From NCBI RefSeq assembly GCF_020745735.1, contig NC_083433.1, positions 2,677,363 to 2,741,362 of the forward strand: a stretch of DNA of 64,000 bases. The letters are read 5' to 3'. The notes under the pieces were generated by a model, which made no database searches, was not told the origin of the DNA, and saw only the letters and a program-made list of their open reading frames with translations. The DNA comes from Hemiscyllium ocellatum (Eukaryota). The position numbers and the translations under genes are program-made. Positions 36,035-47,511 of this stretch are shown here, piece by piece (position 1 is the stretch's first letter; each line of letters starts with the position of its first letter).

Positions 36035-37565
36035 CTGGGAGGGAGGGGGAGATGGAGGGAGAGAGAGAGGGAGCAGTTACAGCATAGCAGAGAGCAACTC
36101 CTTAATCCTACTGCATGGACTAGGTCAGAATAAAGGAGGAGCAGGCATTTCAGCCCCTCAAGCCCGCCCCACCGTTCTACAAGATGTTGGCTAATGCAAC
36201 AGTTACCACATTCCCAATCGCTGCACTAACCACTGGCTCTTAACTAACAAGGGAGTCAATCTCAAGAGAATGGTAGAGAAACTGAGCAGGTCTGGCAGCA
36301 TCTCTGGAGAGACCAGAGCCAACACTTTTGAGTCCAATACAACACCTATTCAGAACCAAACCAGCAGCAAGCTGCCTCCAGTTACGGGCTCACGGGGACT
36401 GGGGTGGGTGGGAACTCCAAAGGCATTTTCAGAGAACGATCAGATACTTGAGAACACCAAGCCAATACCATCCCGAGTGTGAGGCAATCACAACCGGACC
36501 ACCCAAACCTGATTTGCAGCGAAAGCATTGCAATCATCAGGCGAAGCCAATTCTCGACTTTGACTGGTTAACAATGACATCAGGCAACATCATCCTATAA
36601 ACCGGGTCCCTGGTCCCTCACAGTTAAACCCTTCATACTTTTCTGACAGAAATGCCTGAATCCCCAAGCACTTTGAGATTGCACTTTATACTTCCACCTG
36701 TTTTCTTCATGAAAACGGGAGACCCTTTATTTGAGGTTTCAGTCGTAAACACTGGACAGCTTTTTTGAGAAATTATATCCTGACACTGAGGCAATTCAAA
36801 AGAGATTCACTCAACTGATTCTGAGGGTGGGGGTGGGGCCTTATCAAGAAAGGCTAAACTGATGGGGACATGAATAGAAAGGTTTGGAGGGATATGGGCC
36901 AGGTGCTAGCAGGTGGGACTAGAATGGGTTGGGATATCTGGTCGGCATGGACCGAAGGGTCTGTTTCCATGCTGTACATTTCTATGACTATGACTCAATG
37001 GTGAGGCCTTTAAACTTTGGAGTTTAGAAGAATGAGGGGTGATTTTACTGAAATGTAGAAGATTCTGAGGAGATTTCATAGAATCAGAAAAGCCTTGCAG
37101 TATGGAAGCAGGCATTCGGCCCATCCAGTCCATACCAACTCTCGGAAGAATATCCCACCCACCCCTTATTCCATCCCCGAGACCCTGCATTTCTCATGCT
37201 CAATCCATCTAACCTGCACATCCTGGACACTGTGATCAACTTCCAATCCACCTAATCTACACATCCCTCGACACTGCGAGCAGTTTCCTATGTATTTAAC
37301 TTGCACATCTTTGGACTGTGGGAGGAAACCCTTCCAGACACAGGGAGAATGTGCCAACTCCACACAGACTGTCCCCCAGGGGTGGAATTGAACCTGGGTC
37401 CCTGGCGCTGTGACAGAGCAGTGTGAACCACCTAGCTGCCCCTTTACAGGATTGACATTGAGGAAATGGTCCATGTGTGAGGCAATCTCAAACTAAGGAA
37501 CATTTAAAATGGTGATGTGAAGGAATTCCTTCTTAGAGAGGGGAATAAGTATCTAGAATTCTCTA

Positions 37566-37776
37566 GTAAAAAGTGAGGTCTGCAGATGCTGGAGATCAGA
37601 GCTGAAAATGTGTTGCTGGTTAAAGCACAGCAGGTCAGGCAGCATCCAAGGAACAGGAAATTTGACGTTTCGGGCCAGAGCCCTTCATCAGGAGGTCTCT
37701 GGCCCGAAACGTCAAATTTCCTGTTCCTTGGATGCTGCCTGACCTGCTGTGCTTTAACCAGCAACACATTTTCAGC
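37566..37776 (-). mobile_element. Family A fold-back mini-element in CBX6 intron 4
   Basis: Near-perfect inverted arms with an intact hammerhead core on minus. 14-bp TSD TCTAGAATTCTCTA (37552 / 37777). Confidence 0.88.
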
Positions 37777-40052
37777 TCTAGAATTCTCTACCCCATGAGT
37801 CATGGAGGCTAGATCAATGGAAGTACTTAAACAGGAGAGGGCTGAGAGGAGCAGGCATGAAACAAGAGGTCAGGCCTGGTTAAGGCCAGACATGATTTTG
37901 TGCAAGGTGGGGAATAGTTGAGGGGCTGAATGGTCTATTCCTGTTTCTATTTTCTACAATTTTACACCTCAGTCAGTTTATCCATCAGAATCAGGAGCTT
38001 TCGACTACAAGACTCAAGTGCGTAACGCCTGCAGGGCGGGAGAGTCCCTAGACTGACAGTATTTGTAAGTGTGTCCTGACCAACATGTAACCCTGAAACA
38101 ACACTGAGAAGCAGATGCCTTCAGGATGCTGCTGTGAGTAAACAGGCTGATGGCCCTTCTCGCAAAAATAAAACTGACATTTCTTCAGCACCTTTTATGA
38201 GCTTGGGACGTCCCAAATCACTTGGCGGCTAACAAGTTATTTTCAAGGCATTGGCGTTGTTGCAACGTAGGCAATAAAGCTCCCAATTGATCTCACAAAC
38301 AGCAGCACGATAATGACTGGATAAACTTTCAGTGACATTGGCAAAGAACAAATATTGGCCAGGACATTTGGGGTGGGGGTCCCTGGTCTTCTGCACTTTT
38401 CCTCAACCACCACCTGCTTTTATATAGCACCTTTAATTTGTTAAAGCACCTTAAGATTCTTCAGAGTAGCATTGTTAAAGTTTTACTTGAGTGGAATCCC
38501 TACAGTGTGGAAGCAGGCCATTCAGCCCACACCAAGCATCCCACCCTATCCCGTAACCCCACAATTCCACTTGGCTAACCCACCCTAACCTGTACATCTT
38601 TGTGACTGTGGGAGGAAACCCACACAGACACAGGGAGAATGTGCAAACTCCACACAGACAGGTGCCACAGGGTGGAATCAATCCCAGGTCCCTGGCACTG
38701 AGAGGTAACAGTACTAACCACTGAGCCACCTTGTAGCCCATCAATGTGACACCAAGCCACAGAGAGACATGAAGGCCAAGGGGCAAGAGTTTGAATAGGG
38801 TTTGACATTATACTGCAGGTTATAGGTGGTCAGAAGGAGGGGAGTTAGTGGAAGTAGATTCTGGAGTTCAGGGTCAAAGTAACAACTGCCAACGATGCAG
38901 TGATCAAAATCAGGGAGATGTTTACACCGCTGAATGTAAAGATTACACGACCACTATCACAAAGGGCTGAGGAGTAAGCCCAAGTACACTGGATATTATG
39001 GACCCCTCAACTGAGAGGATAGAAGCAGGCATTTATTTCAATCTTGCATGCGTTGTCAACATCCAATGCCCTTCAATGCGTTTTGACAGACTGCCATAAA
39101 TTAAATGGATTATTCCTGCTTCTGTTTCACTTTAGTATTCAAGCAAATTCTTGTCATTGCTGGATGGCCTCCTCTACCTACTCACAGACCTGCTGCAAAG
39201 GACTTCTAGCATCTGCAGTCCTCACTTTCTCCTACTCTACCTACAGCCGGGCATTTTGTATATTCCTGTATTTTCTTCCAATTTAAAAGGAAGATTTCCA
39301 TTTATACAGCAGCTTGCATGGCCACCGGACCTGTCAGATCACTTCACAGCCAACAAAATATTTAACGATCCTTAACTTCCTTGAGAAGGTGGTGAGCTGC
39401 TGCAGTCCATGAGGCAGACCCCACAATGCCCTTAGGGAGGGAATTCCAGGATTTTGACCCAGTGACATTGAAGGAACAGCAATATATTTCCAACTCAGGC
39501 TGGTATATGACTTGGATGAGAATTTTTAGGGTGTTCCTACACATCTGCTGTCCTTGGGATTCTAGATGATAGAGGTTATGGGTTAAGGGGGTGATGGGGT
39601 TATTTGGTCATTATCACATGGATGTTTTTGGGAGCTTATTGTGCACCAGTTAACTTTAAGTGTTTCCATGTTCCAAGTGTAGCAACATTTGCAATCAAAC
39701 AGCTCATTGGCTGAGAAGTGATCTGACAGGTTCAGTAGCCATGCAAACTGTTATATAAATAGAAATCTTCCTTTTAATCTGAAGAAAATACTGGAATAAA
39801 CAAAACGTCTAGTTGTAGATAGAGTAGGCCATCCAACAATGACAAGAATTCGTTTGAATAACAAAAAAGTAAAACTGAAGCAGGAATAATCAATTTAATT
39901 TATGGGAATCTGTCAAACTGTAAACAGAACTCAACAAAACCTGCAAACTGCACCATTAAAAAGGAACGCTTTCTTACGTCACCTTGTGAGGAAGCACACC
40001 CAAAAAACAGATTTATTTTGATTTATGTTTTTGTTTAATATGAAACACTCAC

Positions 40053-40119
40053 TTTCAACAGGAAGGTTTTGGGTTTGGGGCCTCGCTTCTTCGGCCCATA
40101 CAGCTCCCTCTCTCTCTCC
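40053..40119 (-). CDS. CBX6: Chromobox 6, coding exon 4 (67 nt)
   Basis: cttgcag|[22 protein letters not shown]|gtgagt; AT-hook-like motif. Confidence 0.96.
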
Positions 40120-40266
40120 CTGCAAGAAATGCAAAGAGAAAAACAACAGAAATGCACATTTGACAGTATGCACAGCAACGGGAAATTTAAGAAAAAAAGA
40201 ATAAATAAATCCAAAATGGACCCGATTTAGGGCAGGAAGAAAAAATATTCCTCCGCCTGTGTGTAC

Positions 40267-40332
40267 CTTTGCTCAAAAGCCGCGATTAAACGGGCATCTA
40301 AGATATTCTCCTCCGGTTCCCAAGTGCTGTAT
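40267..40332 (-). CDS. CBX6: Chromobox 6, coding exon 3 (66 nt)
   Basis: ctttttag|[21 protein letters not shown](R)|gtacac; chromodomain; splice phases are consistent. Confidence 0.96.
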
Positions 40333-40421
40333 CTAAAAAGAGAAAGGAGCTAATTATTACACCTTTGCAATGTTTGTGTTTCATTTTATTTTGCGATTTT
40401 TTTTCTTTGCCCGCCACTTAC

Positions 40422-40465
40422 TTGATAGCCCATCCTTTCCACTTCACCAGATACTCGATACGGCC
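40422..40465 (-). CDS. CBX6: Chromobox 6, coding exon 2 (44 nt)
   Basis: ttctgacag|GRIEYLVKWKGWAI(K)|gtaagt; chromodomain. Confidence 0.96.
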
Positions 40466-40554
40466 CTGTCAGAAATGCAAAAGGGAAATGTTATTCGGGC
40501 CGGCGACTCCGTGCACCCGCGGGGATTCTGTGCATTGGTTACGGTGCATCCTAC

Positions 40555-40623
40555 CTTCCGAACCCGCCGCTTGATGATTGACTCGGCCGCGAACACCCGC
40601 TCTCCCACCGCCGAAAGCTCCAT
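40555..40623 (-). CDS. CBX6: Chromobox 6, coding exon 1 (69 nt)
   Basis: MELSAVGERVFAAESIIKRRVRK; ATG in AAGATGG context; donor AAG|gtagga. Confidence 0.96.
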
Positions 40624-40860
40624 CTTTGCTCCAGCCCCTCCGCACTCAGCCCAGCGCGCAGCCGCCGACACCCCGCCGCACGTGACCGCACCGTTGCCAG
40701 TGGCTCAGCTCCGCCCCCAGAGGCGGTTGCCAGGGACCGACCCCCGCGCCCGGAGGCGGTTGCCAGGGACTTGACCTGGGGCAGCGTTGCGGGGTTTGCA
40801 CCGCGGTCGCGATGCCCCAGTTGCAGAACCTGGAGGAGCCGAGGCGGGGAATGCAGCAGC
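40624..40860 (-). promoter_or_regulatory. CpG-rich 5'UTR/promoter of CBX6
   Basis: High GC and CpG density. Contains E-box GTCACGTG (40679-40686), GC box CCGCCC (40711), and three GTTGCCAG motifs at 40693, 40726 and 40759. Confidence 0.7.
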
Positions 40861-43834
40861 TTTCCCGCACTCGGGGTAATATTATCCCTCTGCATGCAGG
40901 GCTTTCCGTTTGCATTCGGTTCAAAGCCCACTCTGCAGAGTCCTGAACCGAGGGATATACCCGAAACGTTGACTTTTCCACCTCCTGATGCTGCCTGGCT
41001 TGCTGTGTTCTTCCAGCCTCCTGCCTGTCTATTTTGGATTCCAGCATCTGCAGGTTTTTTTTGTCTCTGAAGGGTGAAACGGCCCTTCATTTATTCAGCC
41101 TAACCATAACTGACTCCCAAATTATTGCAATGGTCTGTTCAAAAGAACAGGAAGAGTCAAAGCCAATTGAGTCTTTTAAAGAAAATGGTTAAGCAGGGGC
41201 ATGGATTTGGTACAAAGACAAAAGTCTTTTCCCTGGGATGGTGGGTCCAGAACTAGAGGGTAAAGGTTTAGGGTAGGCGGAAGATATTAAAAAGAACCTA
41301 AGGGGCAACTTTTTCACACAGAGGGTGGAGCATGTGTGGAATGAGCTGCCAGAGGAAGAGGTGGAGGCTGGAACAGTTCCATTATTTAAAAGGCATCTGG
41401 ATAGGTATATGAATAGGAAGGGTCTGGAAGGATATGAGCCAAGTGCTGACAAATGGGACTAGATTAAGTTTGGATATCTGGTCAGCGTGGACAAGTTGGA
41501 CTGAAGGGTCTGTTTCTGTGCTGTACATCTCTATGACTCTATGAAATAATTGAAGCTGGGAGTAGTTTTACGTTTTAGACTGGGCAACGGGAGCACAGTT
41601 GCATTCGTTTAGGTTGAAATCTGGCTATATGTAGTGGGATTCATTTTAACAATTGCATTCACCTTGCACCCTCTCATGACATAAGCACAGCCCGGGAGTT
41701 TTAGACAATGAACGATGTATTTTTGGGTATGGACAACATTATAGGAAATTCAGCAACCATCCACCAGACTGTATAATGATCAGATAGCCCTTTTCTGTAA
41801 ATGTTTGCCAGGACACTGGGGGAGAACACTTTTGTTCCTCTTCAAACATAGGCACATGACAGTGCAGCACTCCCTCGGTCCTGCACAAACCTGCTGGTGC
41901 TCTTTGAGTGGGGCTTTAACCCAGGTCTTTTTCCTGACTCCAAGGCGAGTAACCTATTCACTGAGCTATGTCTGGCACAAGCTGAGGCACATATGCAATG
42001 TGTCATCGTGCTGGTGCCACCTCAGAAGTCAGCATCCTGCAGCCAACATAAAACATTGGCCCATCTTCCAACCCAAACTCTTTACAACAATTTGTTGATA
42101 TTTGCATAAATGTCATCTCCTACCTCATGTCTGTGTTGCAATGGTCTACTTTGCTACCTCACCAGTTGAGCTAAGGCAATAGGGAGGTGATAGCCTAGTG
42201 GTATTTTTGCTGAACTGTTAATCCAGAGACTGAGATAATGTTTTGTGGAAGTGGATTTGAATCCTGCCACTGCAGATGGTGGAATTTGAATTCAAGGTAA
42301 ATCTGGAACTTAGAGTCTAATGTTGACCACAAATTCATTGCCGATTGTTGGAAAAACCCATCTGGTTCACTAATGTCCTTTAGGGAAGGAACCCACCATC
42401 CTTACTTGGTCTGGCCTATATGTAACTCCAGACTCACAGCAATGTGGTTGATACTTAACTGCCCCCTAGGCAATTGGGAACAGGCAATGAATGTAAGTCC
42501 AGGCAGTGATGCTGTCATCCTGTGAATAAATAAACTAAAAAATACAAAGATATTCATTCAGTTAACACAGACAAGTGAACATGCAAAGCTAAGCCCAAAT
42601 GATGGTGACCAATATTGGAATTACTGGAGTGTGAGAAACTGGATACAGACTGGGTTCTCTCTTTGGCACCCATCTGGTTCATTAACACACACACACACAC
42701 ACACCCTGGACATCCCTCGGCGGTAAAGAACTCCACAGACTCACTTCCCTCTGAGAAAAGAAATTTTTCCTCAATTTTCCTTTAAATAGGAAACCACTTA
42801 GAGTGTGACTACGCCCTCTGGTTCTGGAGTCTCCCAGAAGGGAAACAATGTCTCAGTTTCTACACTGTCAAACTCACCAAGAATTCTGTATGTTTCATAT
42901 TCTTCAAAACTCCAATGAGGATAGAGCATAGAACATTACAGGGCAGTACAGGCCCTTCGGCCCTCGATATTGTGATAACCTGTGAAACCAATCTGAAGCC
43001 CATCTAACCTACACTATTCCATTATCACCCATATGTTTACCCAATGGCCATTTAAATGAGTCTACTCCTGTTGCAGGCAGGGCATTCCACGCCCCTACTA
43101 CTCTGAATAAAGAACCTACCTCTGACATCTGTCCTTTATTTAACATCCCTCAATTTAAAGCTATGTCCCCTTGTGCTAGCCATCACCATCTAAGGAAAAA
43201 GGCTCTCACTGTCCATCCTATGTAATCCTCTGATCATTTTCTATGCCTCTATTGCATTGCCTCTTAGCCTTCTTATAAAGCATATAATTTTCAATTACCA
43301 AGTAGATTGATGTGTGGTGCCCTATCAAAATGCCTCTTAGAAATCCAAAAATACATTACAACTATTGGTTTCCCTTTATCTATCTCACTTGTTACCTCCT
43401 GAAAGAACTGTAAGATGTTTTCCAGGCATGATTTTCCCTTTATTAATCCATTCTTGATTATATTATGCATTTCTAAATTGTCTGCTAAAACCTCCTTTAT
43501 AATGGACTCCAACACTTTTCAACAATAGTTGTCGAGCCGACTGACCAATAGTGTTTTATTTCCCTTCTTAATAAGGGTGTAACATTGGAAAACTGCCAAT
43601 CCCCTGGGACTTTTCCAGAAGCTAAGGATTCTATACAGATTACTTCCAGTACATCCTTATCTCTGCAGTTACTCCCTTTAAAATCCGAGAATAAATCCCA
43701 TCAGGTCCAGGGTACAAATTAGCCTTTAGCCCTATGAGTTTCACTAGTGCATTTTCTCTAGTGATAGTTCCTATCAGTATTTCCTCCCCATCTTTTATCC
43801 CTTGATTATTTAGTAATTTTGGAATGCGATTAGT

Positions 43835-45341
43835 TGTAGTGGTTCTGTTCGCCGAACTGAAAGTTTTTGTTGCAAACGTTTCGTCCCCAGGCTAGGAGAC
43901 ATCATCAGTGCTGTGGAGCCTCCTGCGAAGCGCTTCTTTGATGTTTCTTCTGGCATTTATAGTGGTCTGTGCTTGCCCCGTGACGGCACTGTTCACTTCG
44001 ATTGACAAAACCCTAGCCAGAGAAACAATAGCCAACCTACTGGACATACATAACAGAACACAGGAGGTGGAACCTATCAACAAAGACGGCATACTTAAAC
44101 TACTGGACTTGTGCCTCACTACACACTTTACATTCAACAATCAGATATACGAACAAATCAACGGAACACCCATGGGATCACCAATCTCGGGACTCATAGC
44201 AGAGGCAGTTATGCAAAGGTTAGAACAAACAGCCCTACCACAAATTCAACCCAAACTCTGGGTCAGATATGTCGATGACACTTTCGTAATCATCAAAAAC
44301 ACGGAAATAGAAAAAACACACCGGATCATCAATGCCACACTCACAGGCATCCGATTCACGAGAGAAGTAGAAAAGGATAGCCAACTCCCATTCCTAGACG
44401 TGATAGTACAGAGAACACCGAACGGAGAATTCACCACAAGGGTACACAGGAAAACAACACACACAGACCAAGTCCTAAACTATGAAAGTAACTACCCCAA
44501 CACACACAAACGAAGCTGCATCAGGACACTATTCAAAAGAGCTACAACACACTGCAGTACACCAGAACTGCAAGAAGAGGAAGAGGAACACCTATACAAG
44601 GTATTCGCCAAAAACGGATACCCGCGCAACTTTATCAACAGATGCCTAAGAGATAGACCACGGAACGAGGACATGCCACAACCAAAAGGACTAGCCACTC
44701 TACCATACATCAGGAGCGTTTCAGAACTGACAGCCAGACTACTGCGACCCCTAGGACTCATAACGGCACACAAACCAACAGCCATGCTCAGACAACAACT
44801 TACTAGAACAAAGGAGCCAATACCCAACATGAGCAAAACTAATGTAGTTTATAAAATACCATGCAAGGACTGCACAAAACACTATATAGGACAAACAGGA
44901 AGACAGCTAACAATCCGCATACATGAACACCAACTAGCCACGAAACGACACGACCAGCTATCCCTAGTAGCCACACACTCAGACAACAAGCAACATGAAT
45001 TCGACTGGGAAAACACTGCTATCATAGGGCAAGCCAGACAGAGAACAGCCAGGGAATTCCTAGAGGCATGGCATTCATCCACAAATTCCATCAACAGACA
45101 CATCGACCTGGACCCAATATACCAATCACTACAGTGGACAGCTGAAACTGACACCCGGAAGCGGCAAGGACAGACCACTATAAATGCCGGAAGAAACATC
45201 AAAGAAGCGCTTCGCAGGAGGCTCCACAGCACTGATGATGTCTCCTAGCCTGGGGACGAAACGTTTGCAACAAAAACTTTCAGTTCGGCGAACAGAACCA
45301 CTACAACAAGCACCCGAGCTACAAATCTTCGCACAAACTTT
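43835..45341 (+). mobile_element. Penelope-like retroelement, 5'-truncated, with an inverted pseudo-LTR at its 5' end
   Basis: Open frame with RT motifs (VTALFTSI, GTPMGSPISG, WVRYVDDTF, LPFLDV) and a GIY-YIG endonuclease (VVYKIPCKDCTKHYIGQTGR...RIHEH); stop at 45248. 43835-43977 is the reverse complement of ~45163-45306, leaving a 35-nt unpaired 3' tail. 13-bp TSD GAATGCGATTAGT (43822-43834 / 45342-45354). Confidence 0.95.
45229..45268 (+). ncRNA. Minimal type I hammerhead ribozyme motif in the Penelope pseudo-LTR (mirror copy at 43872-43911, minus)
   Basis: gca CTGATGA t gtctcc-tagcct-ggggac GAA ACGT T tgc: conserved core, 6-bp stem II, palindromic ACGT in place of stem III, stem I gca/tgc. 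Confidence 0.8.
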
Positions 45342-47382
45342 GAATGCGATTAGTGTCTCCTATGAAGACTGATACTAAGTATTTATTCAACTCCTCTGTC
45401 ATTTCATGGTTCTTCATTATCATTTCCCTGACTTCATTCCCTAAGTGGTCTCTGTTCACTTTGGCCAAAGAACAATACAGCACAGGAACAGGCCCATCGG
45501 CCCTCCAAGTCTGCGGCAACACATTTTGCTCTTCCATACTAAAACTGTCTTTAGCTACAGGATCTGTATCCTGCTATTCCCTTCCAATTTAAGTATTTGT
45601 CCAGGTGCATCATGAATGCTGCGATTGTGTCTGCTTCCACCTCTCCTCTGGCAGCACATTCCAGGCGCTCACCACCCTTTGTGTGAAAAACCTGCCTCGC
45701 ACATCTCTTTTAAACTCACCATCCGCACACCTTGAATCTGTGTCCCCTAATAATTGACGCCTCCACCCTGGGACAAAGCCTTATCCTTTCCACTCTGTCA
45801 GGTCGCTCTCAACCTCCTGCACGCCAGTGAAAACAAACCCAGTCTATCCAAACGTGCTCCATTGCTAAACTCCCTCAAACGTGGCAACATCCTGGTAAAC
45901 TTTTCCTGTACCCTCTTCAAACATCCACATCCTCTGGTAGTGTGGTGACTAGAACTCCACTAACCCTATCACAGCCTCCTCCTTTTATATAGTTAAATAA
46001 GCTCTTACAGTTGTTTTTGCTAGGTTGCTGTCATAGTTTATTTTCTCCCTCTGCATTACTCCTTTAGTAATCTTTTGTTGGTTTTTATAACTTTCTCATT
46101 CTTCTGGTTTACCATTAATCTATGCCATACTGCGTGTATTTTTTTTACTAATGCTATCTTCAGCTTCCTGGGTTAACCATGATTGGTTTAATCTCCTTCC
46201 CCATTGCAAGTCACAAACTATTTTATGAAACATTTGCCATTGTTCAACAAACATCTTTGCTACCAAACTCCTTTTCCAGTCCACTCCAGCCAGTTCTGCC
46301 CTCATCATTTTGCAATTACCTTATTTAAGTTGAGCACAATTGTTTCTGATCCAAGTTTCTTATTCGCAAACTGAATTCTACCATGTTATGATCACTATTT
46401 CCCAGGACACCTTTTGCTCTGAGATGATTTATTAAACCTGCCATCTTATACACTACCAGATGTAAAACAAATAGCCTGGTTGAATCTACAACATATTGTT
46501 CTCTGAAACTGTCCTCAACACACTATAAATTCTTTCTTAAGACTTAGTCATCGAGATGTACAGCATGGAAACAGACCCTACGGTCCAACTCGTCCATGCC
46601 GATTAGATATCCCAACTCAATCTAGTCCCACCTGCTAGCATCCAGCCCATATCCCTCCAAACCCTTCCTATTCATATACCTATCCAGATATCTTTTAATT
46701 GTTGTAATTGTGCCACCCTCCACCACTTCCTCTGCCAGCTCATTCCATACCTGTACCACCCTCTGTGTGAAAAAGTTGCCCCTTAGGTCCCTTTTATATC
46801 TTTCCCCTCTCACCCTAAACCTATGCCCTCTAGTTCTGGACACCCCCACCCCAGGAAAAAGACTTTGTCTATTTATCCTATCCATGCCCCTTGTGATTTT
46901 GTAAACCTCTATAAGGTCACTTGTCAGTCTCCGACCCATAGGGAAAACAGCCCCAGTCTGTTTAGCCTCTCCCTATAGCTCAAATCCTCCAACCCTGGCA
47001 ACATCCTTGTAAACCTTTTCAGAACCCTTTCAAGTTTCACAACATCTTTCCAATAGGAAGGAGACCAGAATTGCACGCAATATTTCAAAAGTGGCCTAAC
47101 CAATGTCCTGTACAGCCGCAACATGACCTCCCAACTCCTGTACTCAATACTCTAACCAATAAAGGAAAGCATACCAAATGCCTTCTTCACTATCCTATCT
47201 ATCTGCGACTCCACTTTCAAGGAGCTATGAACCTGCACTCTAAGGTCTCTTTGTTCAGCAGCACTCCCTAGGACCTTCCCATTAAGTGTATAAGTCCTGC
47301 TAAGATTGGCTTTCCCCAAATGCAGCACCTCATTTATCTAAATTAAACTCCATCTGCCACTTCGCAGAACATTGGCCCATCT

Positions 47383-47418
47383 GATCCTGATGAAGGGCTT
47401 TTGCCCGAAACGTCGATT
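47383..47418 (+). ncRNA. Minimal type I hammerhead ribozyme motif (family A mini-element)
   Basis: gatc CTGATGA a gggc-tttt-gccc GAA ACGT C gatt: intact core, GUC cleavage triplet, 4-bp stems I and II. Confidence 0.78.
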
Positions 47419-47511
47419 TTCCTGCTCCTCGGATGCTGCCTGACCTGCTGTTCTTTTCCAGCACCACTCTGATCTAAATTCTGGTTTCCAGCATCTGCAG
47501 TCCTCACTTTT
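47384..47511 (+). mobile_element. Family A single-arm mini-element inserted in a CR1 RT
   Basis: Begins at the hammerhead and ends GCAGTCCTCACTTTT. 9-bp TSD GCCCATCTG (47375 / 47512). Confidence 0.85.

Noticed and set aside
35139-36194. Several plus-strand ORFs over CBX6 exon 5 (likewise 3980-4425 over NPTXR and 13265-13933 on minus over the TLR)
   Set aside because: These are antisense shadows of real coding sequence, with no recognisable domains.
37504-37803. Recurrent small ORFs such as ENVLLVKAQQVRQHPR / SEWCWKSTAGQAASEEQ as a gene family, or the palindromes as pre-miRNAs or DNA MITEs
   Set aside because: They are translations of family A elements. Variable 9-16 bp TSDs and asymmetric tails point to PLE-type retro-insertion.
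43908-43977. Hydrophobic signal-peptide-like start of the 446-aa ORF
   Set aside because: It is the antisense reading of the inverted pseudo-LTR, fused by chance to a truncated RT.
44850-44890. PCKDC as an APOBEC/AID PCxxC zinc motif in the CBX6-CBX7 interval
   Set aside because: It lies between the VVY and YIG motifs of the Penelope GIY-YIG endonuclease, with no HxE at deaminase spacing.
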